Source of the DNA: Octopus bimaculoides
Taxonomy: Eukaryota
Assembly: GCF_001194135.2 (NCBI RefSeq)
Contig: NC_068999.1
Span: 26,115,524 to 26,148,995 of the forward strand
DNA: 33,472 bases
Direction: 5' to 3'
Both the position numbers and the translations under genes were made by a program. The notes below the pieces were generated by a model. It had not been told where the DNA came from and did no database searches. It worked only from the letters and a program-made list of their open reading frames with translations. Shown in pieces: positions 1 to 9,899 of this stretch. How positions within the stretch are numbered: the first letter of the stretch is position 1; each line of letters starts with the position of its first letter.

Positions 1-567
1 ATCAACACTTAAAAGCCATAATTTTAAGGAGCGATAAGAATTTTTGAATAAAGGAAAATGGGTAGGGGTGGGTAGGTACCGCCAGCGAGTAGATAGGGCT
101 CTTAATTGTAGATTTTAAATATTTGAGAGACAACAATGCATAAATCGTAATTTTTAAAAGAGCAATGAATTTAGGAAGCTTAGAAAATGAATAAGTATGA
201 ATTTAAGACAACAACTGAATTCAATTGAATTTCATGGAGAGAAACAAGATAAATAATAGAGGGCAAACTAAAGCACGAAGGTATGAGATGTTTGAGGCCG
301 TAAATAAATAAAAATCTCTATCTTATCTGCATCTTGGAGATTTCGTCGTAGTATGTCAGCGAGATAAGACTGATGTTTAAAGCTACAAATTTGCACACTA
401 GCAACTCTGAGAATCTGAGTGTCAGTCTGGATAAAGACTAATCACAAATTCAGTATTATGTAATCAATGTAACAATAATTGTGTAGGAGGAGCAGTGATC
501 TTAGATCATCAATATCTGCCAGATAATTAAAGTCAGTGTGTGTAAGAATCTATTGCCTACTTTTCAG

Positions 568-664
568 ATGGATGCAGATTATGATCCTACACAACACAAA
601 TCTAAAAAGAGAAAGAGAGAGAAGAAAAAGAAACAGAAGCAAGAGAAACCTAAATTTAATCCAG
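568..664 (+). CDS. KRI1: KRI1 homologue (40S ribosome biogenesis factor), first coding exon in the window; upstream exons lie outside it
   Basis: TTTTCAG acceptor ends 567, GTAAGT donor at 665. Translates MDADYDPTQHKSKKRKREKKKKQKQEKPKFNP+G, matching the metazoan KRI1 motif MDADYDP...EKPxFxP as I recall it. Phase 1 joins the exon at 7035. Confidence 0.88.
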
Positions 665-1388
665 GTAAGTTTAAATTTGTTTTATGTATATCTCTTCATT
701 AAAGTTGTAGATTATTAAGAGAACTTGGCTGTTAGTGAGGTCTAAATATGCAGGTTGAAATTGGTGTGACTGGGTATTTGCAAGAATTTTGTGTTAGGTA
801 CTTACATTGGTTTATATCATGTTTGGTATAAATATGATTTCTTGAAGGATTTACTCAAATATTCTTATACCTATTCATTTTGCTGCCTCTTTGCTTTAAT
901 CCTTAAAATATACATTCATGTAAATAATAAATAAATTAGTAAAATAAGTACCTAATCAAATCTTAAGTTATGAAGAGAGTCAGTAACAACCCTTCGTTAA
1001 AGAGAAAATTTAATCTCCAACATATTCACATGGCTAGATTCAACTCTTGAATTTTATGAAATCTTAAAAGTAACCTTCAAACATTTAAAGCAACTTTTTG
1101 ATTGTTTATAGAAAATCTAAGTAAAACATTCAGAAACATCATCACCATCATTATTTTTAATGTCCATGTTCCCATGCTGTCATCGGCCAAACCATTAACT
1201 GAGGTAGATTTTCTATGTCCTTCTTGTTACAAAATCATTACCTGTTTCCAAGCAAGGCAGTATTTCTCCTACAAAGATATATTTGCACAGAATAATGGAA
1301 GCAAATGATACTGTTTGTATGACAGTGACACTCATTTACAACTATCATACGCTGTCAAGACAGGGATACTCAACACGTATGACAGGTT

Positions 1389-1490
1389 TTACATCTTGGG
1401 TAAGCGTCTTCTATGAAGACGCTTACCCAAGATGTAATGCAGTAGGACTGAACACAAAAACGTGGTTGGGAAGCAAACTTATTAAGTATA
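1389..1490 (-). mobile_element. Fragment of a tRNA-derived SINE with a 23-bp fold-back duplication at its break point
   Basis: AAGACGCTTACCCAAGATG..GCAGTAGGACTGAAC..GTGGTTGGGAAGCAAACTT resembles the SINE at 1640-1880 and 26415-26722. 1389-1411 is the exact reverse complement of 1415-1437. Confidence 0.6.
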
Positions 1491-1639
1491 CAGCCATGCC
1501 TGTTGTGGAGCTTAAATTCAATAGTGTTTTCCTCAATTTCATCTTGCTATATAAAATCTGTTAATTACTAATTAAACATCAGTCTTATCATCTTTTATAA
1601 GCTTGGTATTTACTCTATTGGTCTCATTTGCTGAAGTAC

Positions 1640-1880
1640 TAAGTTACAGGGACATAAACACACCAACACTGATTGTCACGCAGTAGCAGGGGACAAACAC
1701 AAACACACATATATATAACAAGCTTCTTTCTGTTTCTGTCTACCAAATCCACAAACAAGTCTTTGGTTGGCCCAAGGCTGTTGTAAAAGACACTTGCTCA
1801 AGGTGTCACACAGTGGGACTGAACCCAGAACCATGTAGTTAGGAAGCAAGCTATATATGAACCATGTAGTTAGGAAGTAC
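1640..1880 (-). mobile_element. tRNA-derived SINE (family 1), degenerate
   Basis: The minus strand reads GGTTCTGGGTTCAGTCCCACTG (B-box-like) followed by ACCTTGAGCAAGTGTC. Clearly homologous to 26415-26722. Confidence 0.75.
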
Positions 1881-2089
1881 CTATATATTAACAATTATTA
1901 ACTTCCTAATCTCCATTTCTTTTTCTTCTATGGATATAAACTATATGTTTTTATATACACCAATTATTTTAAGGAAATACATTCCCATAAAATACTAGGT
2001 ATTGAACCAGTATTTCCTTGGATGAAACCATCTCTTCATGATGTTAACATATCCTCTAATTAAATATATAATAAGGTGGCACATAATAA

Positions 2090-2629
2090 GCACGATTCAA
2101 GCGTGGGTCGATGCCAGTGCCAGTTGCATGTAGCATCATCCGAATGTGGTCGATGCCAGTCCCCACCCCCCAACTGGCTCCTGTGCTGGTGGCATGTAAA
2201 AAGCATCCACTACACTCTCAGAGTGGTTGGCGTTAGGAAGGGCATCCAGCTGTAGAAACGTTGCCAAATCAAGGTTTCTACAAGGCGAGTGAGCTGGCAG
2301 AAACGTTAGCACGCCAGGCGAAATGCTTAGTGGTATTTTGTCTGTTGTTATGTTCTGAGTTCAAAATCAGCCATGGTCGACTTTGCCTTTCATCCTTTCA
2401 GAGTTGATAAATTAAGTACCAGTTACGCACTGGGGTCGATGTAATCAACTTAATCCCTTTGTCTGTCCTTGTTTGTCCCCTCTATGTTTAGCCCCCTGTG
2501 GGGCAATAAAGAAATAAGAAACCTTGCCAAATCAGATTGTAGCCTGGTGCAGCCTACTGGCTTGCCAGTCCCCAGTCAAACTGTCCAACCCATGCCAGCA
2601 TGGAAAACGGACGTTAAACAATGATGATG

Positions 2630-2630
<1 letters not shown>
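2090..2630 (+). mobile_element. 3' UTR/tail fragment of an RTE LINE, interrupted by a SINE
   Basis: GGTGGCATGTAAAAAGCA..GAGTGGTTGGCGTTAGGAAGGGCATCCAG..CATGGAAAACGGACGTTAAACAATGATGATGAT, the same tail as 8820-9165. Confidence 0.8.
2272..2516 (+). mobile_element. tRNA-derived SINE (family 2, probable Deu/Nin-type core) with an 18-bp TSD
   Basis: A-box-like TGGCAGAAACG, B-box-like GAGTTCAAAATC, core GCCTTTCATCCTTTCAGAGTTGATAAATTAAGTACCAG, tail AATAAAGAAATA. TSD AGAAAC(G/C)TTGCCAAATCA at 2254-2271 and 2517-2534. Confidence 0.8.

Positions 2631-2682
<52 letters not shown>
2629..2682. repeat. (TA)n microsatellite at an RTE tail
   Basis: Direct reading; other (TA)n runs occur near 5522-5546 and 6880-6900. 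Confidence 0.95.
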
Positions 2683-2685
<3 letters not shown>

Positions 2686-3287
2686 CATATATTTGAAATT
2701 AATGCACTGTTTGTATCACTGTACAGTTTACCTTGTTTATTGATTGCCATCATTATTTCATGTTTGTATTTTCTCCTTAACCTCATCTATAAGTATTTTC
2801 TTAGCTCTCATCATTCTACTTTAGGTGTACTGTGTGTTAATTTTATGATTAATGTAACTGATATTTAATATCATCAGTCCTTAACAATCACCCACTCTCC
2901 TTATTCCCATAGTGATCGTTATCTCATCCTCCAAGTTAATCAAAATTAGTTCTGTCCCAAATAATTTCTTCCAATCCTAGATATGACTTTGCATCTGACA
3001 CAAGCAATCTTGCATGACAAGTGTAGTCTTTTGTCAAATTAGGCTATTCTATACCTTGTTATGGTGAACTCTGAACCAAATTGTTTTATTTATGAAAGGC
3101 CAGGTCTTAGCTGTTGATTCTACTATAAATACAAGTTTACATATATTGATACTTTGGTAAATGTTACTTGACAAAGTGCATGCATGGCTTTGTGGTAAGA
3201 GGCTTCCTTCCCAACCACATGACTTTGCATTCAGTGCCACAGTGTGGTATCTCAGCATTTGTCTTCAATTATACACCCAATATGTGT

Positions 3288-3460
3288 CATCATTATCACC
3301 ATTTAACATCCATTTTCCATGATGGCATGGGTTGAACAGTTTGACATCAAGCTGATCAGATTCTGATTATCTGTTATTGCATGGTTTCTGTGGTTGGATC
3401 CCCTTCCTAACACCAACCACTTTACAGAGTGTGCTGGGTGCTTTTTACGTACCACTGGCA
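3288..3460 (-). mobile_element. RTE LINE 3' tail fragment, reverse orientation
   Basis: CATCATTATCACCATTTAACATCCATTTTCCATG..CCCTTCCTAACACCAACCAC is the reverse complement of the tail family. Confidence 0.75.
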
Positions 3461-3731
3461 TCTGAAAGGATAAGCCTGGAAGGCAGTGATTTTACTTAGC
3501 TTGATGGATCTCCTCAAGTACAGCAAATTGCCACTTCTCCCAGTTGCTTGTCATTTTTTCAGTGAGACCCAGCATCCAAAGATCCTTTCTCACCATTTCA
3601 TTGTATGTAGTTTCAGGCTTTAATGAGTATAAATAAATGTGATAAGATATGAAAATTATACACCATTATAAAAGCTTAGTGTGTCTCCTTTTTGTTTCAG
3701 ACTAAATAAATTCAGATTTATAAATTAGATA

Positions 3732-4836
3732 ATGGCTATAAACTGAAATACAATCATAACCCTCCACAAAGGAGGCAAAAATAATACAGCTATAGAAAAA
3801 AGGCTTTTAAAATTTACCAAACAAGTCTGGAAAATTCTCAAGAAATTTCAAGAGACTGGTTCCACTGCTGATCAGCCTGGACGTGGCCAAAAAAGAAGTG
3901 CATGGATCCCCAGCTTATCAATCGTACCAGAGAAAAGATACAGTGAAATCCTCATCATTCCATCAGTAAACTGGCTGCCACAGCAAAAATAAGCCAAACA
4001 TCTATGTATTGAGTGCTGAAGGAAGATCTCCGGACCCACCCCTACAAGATGATCTGCCATCACGAGCTCACGCAAGTTTATAAGGCCATAAGACTGGAGA
4101 GAAGTCATTTTGTCCTGCGTCAGGTTGCTGAAAATATGCTGCCCAACCTGAGGTTCACTATTGAAAAGAAATTTGACATCAAACAGACACTAAACCACCA
4201 GACTGACTGACTTTGGAGTGTATGTGGTTTTATCAAGGGTAGACTCATAAATCAACATTAAAATCCAGTCAGTTATGGTTTGGGTGGCTGTGACAGCCAC
4301 TAGAAGGTCTCTCCTTATTTTTGTTCTCTGGGGTGTTAAAATTAACACCCAGTATTAGCAACATTCTGGAAGCTGAACTGCTTCCATGGGTGAATGAGCA
4401 CTTTCACGGTGCACCTTGGAGCCTCCAACAAAACTTGGCACCATCCCACAGCTCCAAACAGATACAACACTGGATTCAGAAAAACATCCCATCGTTCATA
4501 GGCAAGGATATATGGCCCTCAAGAAACCCTGATCTCAACCCGTTGGATTTTTCTTTTTGGTTCATCTCAAGCATTCCTCAGGCTCAACACTTTGAAAGCA
4601 AAACAGCGCCAGGAATGGGCTTCAAACCTACAAGAACAGCAGTGTGCCACGTGAAGCATTCGCACCTAGACTTAAGGCTATGATTCAAAACAGAGGTGGT
4701 TATATTGAATAAATTTGGTAGTGTCATAATTGTGTTTCCTTTACCATTCTGTTGCAATGCTTGGACCTGAAATATAGCAATATTTTACTTAGGCGAAATT
4801 GAAAAAAGTTGGTTGCCATAATTTTGGGACACCCTG
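3732..4836 (+). pseudogene. Degenerate Tc1/mariner DD37D (maT-type) transposon with a decayed transposase
   Basis: N-terminal KKFQETGSTADQPGRGQKRS, VMVWVAVT, QQ(N)LAPSH...WPSRNPDLNPLDF with 37 residues between the second and third catalytic positions, and C-terminal IQNRGGYIE* (stop 4710-4712). Right end TTTTGGGACACCCTG. Several stops and frameshifts; no left TIR found. Confidence 0.85.
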
Positions 4837-4854
4837 TGTATATATGCATATGTA

Positions 4855-5045
4855 TATGAGGGGTGCTGAAAAGTTCCTGGCTTTAAGGGTATCATGAACA
4901 GCCTGGTTGAAAACTGAACCTTCCAAGTTCTTTCACAAGGCTTAGAAAAACTGAAGGACCTCTGCAATAAGTTTGTGAATCTGAGAATGGAATATGTTGA
5001 ATAAAGTCATAATTAACTGATCCTCCTGTATTTTCTTTTACCTAA
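4855..5045 (+). mobile_element. Non-autonomous mariner deletion derivative
   Basis: Starts TATGAGGGGTGCTGAAAAGTTCCTGG (mariner-type TIR) and keeps only the transposase end GLEKLKDLCNKFVNLRMEYVE*. Right TIR degraded. Confidence 0.65.
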
Positions 5046-5546
5046 AGACTTCACATTAATTGTGAATTGGGTCCAATTTCTGGATTAAAGCCATAAAAAC
5101 AGGCTTTTTTTCCTTCAACACAATACACGAGGAATATAAATACAAATAATTATACATACCTGCACAAAGCAGATTTGCACGTATAGATCAAAGATAAGTC
5201 AGATTTATATCTTTTCATGACAAACATGGATATATTATCAAAATAGCTTCACAGGAAATGTAGTTCCGATCAGGAGTAACATTTGGCCGACAACAATCCA
5301 TATATATTTTGGAGATTTTCAGTAGTATCTGAGTGCCTCTGCATTTTCAAGCATGTTGGAGTTAGGTCATTTTATGCCCTTGCCCCCTTAATATAATTAT
5401 GTACATATATATATAATTATTAATTTAATGCATAAATTACTTATAAATTTTTTATTGCATACTGACTAGCTGATAAAAAGCACTAATGTGATTTTATCTT
5501 TATATTCTACTATATACATACATATATATATATATATATATACATA

Positions 5547-6384
5547 CAGGGTGCAATCGGTAAATTGTCAACATTTTATATTCTTAATTTCACGCATGCG
5601 CATTGTTTTGTTTTTTTATTTTGTCAACTACACTGTAAAGTAGGGTCAGTTGGGCACTGTCTGTGATAAAAACAGCACCATGGCGCAATTCACTCGGCCA
5701 GAAATTTTGAAACATGTTGTACTGCTTGGCATTCATGCCAGAAGTTCCAATATGAACATTTCAGAGTGTCTGGGTGTCAATCTGAGGACATGTACCAAGA
5801 GTGATAAAAATCAAACATCCAGTCAACATCATGGTGTTTGGAGTGATCACTAGTGATGACAATGTTATGCCTCCATTTATCTTCCCACATGGCTTCAGAC
5901 TCAACACGGAGGCCTACATCAAGTGCCTGGAGGGGGTAGTGCTGCCCTAAGTCAAGAGGGTGACTGCTAGAAGACCCTATGTCTGGCAACAGGACTCTGC
6001 ACCGTGGCTGTCAGACAATTTCTGCAACCACATAACCCCTAACATCTGGCCACCTAACTCCCCAGACTGCAACTCCCTTGATTATCATGTGTGGGATGCA
6101 GTTGAGCTAGAGACCAACAAAACTCCTTGTAACACCAAAGATGAACTGAAGGCAAGGATTATGGCTGCATTCACCAACTTAAACAAGGAGACCGTCCAGA
6201 AGAGTTGCAGAAGATTCCAAAGTCTTCTGGTGGTTGAAACCAATGGGGATCTTATTGAATAAATTTACTCTTTAGTATTTCAAGATATTTTTATGTAATT
6301 TTGGTAAATATATCTATTAAAATGAGATATCAGTGTTATTTTCATTTTGCTTAATTTAGACGACAGTTTATTCACCATACCCTG
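5547..6384 (+). mobile_element. Internally deleted DD37D-like Tc1/mariner element inserted at TA
   Basis: TA|CAGGGT...ACCCTG|TA ends with imperfect TIRs. Remnants MAQFTRPEI.., VMVFGVITSD, VWQQDSAP, WPPNSPDCNSLDY, ETNGDLIE*. Confidence 0.85.
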
Positions 6385-6545
6385 TATATATATTTATATA
6401 TACACACACACGTGCATGTATCATAATCATCTTTTCCTCTGAGGCTTCTATCACATCTATTGGTACCTGAAGACTATATCATATCTGTTAGTACATATAA
6501 TGAACTAGTGTTCATGTATATGATGTTGATGATGATGATATATAT

Positions 6546-6833
6546 ATTTTTTGTTGTATCTGGGGAGAATCATTCTGTTTTAATGCCTTATTAATTAACA
6601 CACTCACTGGTTCGATTTCCACTCATTAACTTCTTTTTTTTTTTCCCCTCTCTGAAATTTTCATTGCTTCTTGCAACCTCTTCGATAATTGTTGACAACT
6701 ATTAAAGAGGTTGCAAGAAGCAACGAAAATTTTAGGAAAAAATAAATAAGTAAATGAGTGGAAATCAAACCAGTGAGTGTGTTAATTAATAAGGCATTAA
6801 AACAGAATGATTCTCCCCAGACACAAAATAAAA
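6546..6833. mobile_element. Fold-back MITE-like element (near-perfect ~290-bp inverted repeat)
   Basis: TGTATCTGGGGAGAATCATTCTGTTTTAATGCCTTATTAATTAACACACTCACTGG... is mirrored by ...CCAGTGAGTGTGTTAATTAATAAGGCATTAAAACAGAATGATTCTCCCCAGACACA. An inner pair TTGCTTCTTGCAACCTCTT / AAGAGGTTGCAAGAAGCAA is also present. Superfamily not assignable. Confidence 0.8.
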
Positions 6834-6865
6834 TTATGCTTCAACACAAACCAAATAAAAAACGA

Positions 6866-6900
<35 letters not shown>

Positions 6901-6913
6901 CATCATCATTTAA

Positions 6914-7183
<270 letters not shown>

Positions 7184-7589
7184 TAATTAATTGTATTATT
7201 CTTTTATGATTTGTTGAAACATATGTTTAAAGCTAGAGTCATTTCCTTACACTACTACACAAAATGGATATGAGGAAACTTATTTTCACTTGAGATAAAA
7301 AGAAGTAACTACATAATTAAAAAATAATTATGCAGATTACAGAAACACCATAATTTTACCAAGTGATAATGTAAAATAAAAGTTAATAACTAACTCTTAG
7401 ATTATCTTCTATCTTATATTTGATAAAGGGAAATTTTCTGAAATGTAATAGAAGCATTGAACAACATATGTAAAGTAATACAAGATTTAGTCTTTGTTTT
7501 ATTTATTAACATCACCTTACATATTTTGCCTAGCATTGCTTTTATTGTATTTACACATTGCAATGCTTCAAGCAAATTACAGTGCTTGT

Positions 7590-9165
7590 TTGCCTCTGGG
7601 ATCTCCTCTATGCTGATGACCTTGCTCTAATTGCTGAGTCACTATCAGAACTAGAGGAGAAGTTTCAGGTGTGGAAGCAAGGACTAGAATTGAAGGGTCT
7701 TAGAGTCGATCTAGCTAAAACCAAAGTCCTGATAAGTAGAAAGGTAGACAAACCACAAACACCTTCAGGTAGATGGCCCTGCTCAATCTGTAGAAAAGGC
7801 GTAGGTAGAAACTCTATAAGATGTACCCGGTGTAAGCTATGGACACATAAGAGGTGCAGCAATATCAAAGGAAGGCTAAATAACAAGATAGTTTTTTCTA
7901 TGTAGCAGATGCTCAGGAACAATAAACACTGAAAATGTGCAGAGAACAACTTCTGCCACATTCCAGGGAGAAAAACTAGAAGTAGTTGATAGCTTCCGTT
8001 ACCTAGGTGACCAAGTCAGTAGCGGGGGGNNNNNNNNNNNNNNNNNNNNNNNNNNNNNNNNNNNGGGGGGGGGGGGGGCTCTGAAAATGTAGCTGCTAGA
8101 ATAAGAATAGCCCAGGCAAAGTTCAGAGATCTCCTACGTCTGCTGGTCACAAAAGGCCTCTCACTCAAAGTAAAAGGTAGACTGTATGGTACATGTGTAT
8201 GAACAGCCATGTTACATGGCAGTGAAACATGGGCCGTGACTGCTGAGGACATGTGTAAGCTTGCAAGGAACAAAGCCAGTATGCTCCAATGGATGTGTAA
8301 TGTCAGTGTGCATACTCAACAGACTGTAAGTGCCTTGAGAGAAAAGTTGGGCCTAAGAAGCATCAGATGTGGTGTGCAAGAGAGACGGCTGCGCTGGTAT
8401 GATCATGTGGTGAGAATAGATAAGGATAGCTGTGTGTAAAAATGTCACACCCTAGCGGTTGAGGCTACCTGTGGAAGAGGTAGACCCAGGAAGACCTGGG
8501 ATGAGGTGGTGAAGCACGACCTTCGAACATTAGGCCTCACCGAGGCAATGACTAGTGTCCGAAACCTTTGGAAATATGCTGTGCATGAGAAGGCCCAGCA
8601 AGCCAAGTGAGACCATAACCCGTGGCCTATGCCAGGGGTGTAACCAGCCCACTTATGCGTACCTTTCCTTCATTGGACACTAAACTGTGCTTGCGAAGAC
8701 CTGTTGAGGCAAGTGAAATCAAATTCAATGACAGCACCACATGACTTGCATCTGTGCTAGTGGAGCGCTAAGAGCACCATCCATGTGTGATTGTTGCCAG
8801 GGCTGCTGACTGTGTGCTGTGCCGGTGGCATGTAAAAAACGCCCTTCGAGCGTCATCATTACCAGCATCACCTTACTGGCACGTGAAAAACAACATTCGA
8901 GCGAGGTTGTTGCCAGTGCAGGTGGCACGTAAAAAACACCATTTGAGTGTGGTCATTGCCAGTACTACCTGACTGGTCTTCATGCTGGTGGCACGTAAAA
9001 GCACCCACTACACTCTCGGAGTGGTTGGCATTAGGAAGGGCATCCAGCTGTAGAAACTCTGCCAGATCAGATTGTAGCCATCCAGCTCGCCAGTCCTCAG
9101 TCAAACTGTCCATCCCATGCCAGCATGGAAAGCGGATGTTAAACGATGATAATGATGCTCGAAAT
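7590..9165 (+). mobile_element. 5'-truncated RTE-clade LINE (RT 3' half, PHD-like finger, 3' UTR, GAT tail)
   Basis: LWDLLYADDLAL, GLRVDLAKTK, FRYLG, LHGSETW, RRLRWYDHV; tail GGATGTTAAACGATGATAATGAT. Frameshifted. Confidence 0.92.
8030..8064. other. Assembly gap (35 N) inside a poly-G run
   Basis: N run flanked by G6 and G14 at the SGGG codons of the RTE RT; the RT sequence continues directly on both sides. Confidence 0.95.
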
Positions 9166-9460
9166 TAAATATTACCTAATTTCTTTTGTTTAAAACAAAA
9201 CTGGTAATGTTTTTGTTAGCCGTAGGTAAGTTTGTGTGAGAACTTCCATTTAAAATAAACATTGTTTTCAGATCTCTCTCTCTCTCTCTCATGACAAATA
9301 TTTGCTGTTACATTTTTATCAAAATCCCTGATACTCCAGCAACTGATTATAATTCTTTTACTTTCCCTCTACTAAACCTGACTGCAAACAAAAAAATACA
9401 TTGTGTTTTATTATATGTGTTTGTATGAACACATAAATATTTACCTTTCTCTCTTTACAG

Positions 9461-9525
9461 ATCTTGCATTCAACGGATAAAGAACTTAATTCCTGGTGCC
9501 CCCTCAGCAAAGTGGTGCAATATAG
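9461..9525 (+). CDS. KRI1: KRI1 internal exon
   Basis: CTCTTTACAG acceptor, GTAAAT donor at 9526. ILHSTDKELNSWCPLSKVVQY(R) matches KRI1 [22 protein letters not shown]. Confidence 0.93.
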
Positions 9526-9899
9526 GTAAATAATTAAGCCAGTTTTTGTTTATTGAACTACAACAGCTTTTTTTTAATCTTCTGCTGAGATGTTCTGTAA
9601 ATCTCAGCCAGTAACTTTAGCTTCTTTACAAGTGATATTTGCTGTACTTATACTTTCAAATGCTTCTTGTCATTCTGTCTCATCTTTCCATTCTTTTATA
9701 ATGTCCTGTCCTTATGGCACCATTCTCCGGTAGTATTTCTTATAAAGATACTGATACTAGAAATGAACAACCCTGTTGATAATGTACCAAAATTGCCTTC
9801 ATCATCAATTAACAGCTGATAAGAGAAGAATGATATCTTTTTCCTTCATCAACTGTTTTATCTAAGGAGATTTGTGGTGGTCTACATCAGCAAGACTTG

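Noticed and set aside
1-530. Further KRI1 exon or Penelope RT remnant on the minus strand
   Set aside because: No convincing splice-bounded KRI1 match; the resemblance to PLE motifs is too weak to call.
8024-8078. Hidden insertion or functional G-quadruplex at the N gap
   Set aside because: RT codons continue on both sides; a poly-G sequencing failure is the simplest explanation and the true length is unknown.
8820-9010. CRISPR-like repeat-spacer array
   Set aside because: The repeats are short and degenerate, spacing is irregular, they lie within a LINE 3' UTR in a eukaryote, and no cas genes are present.
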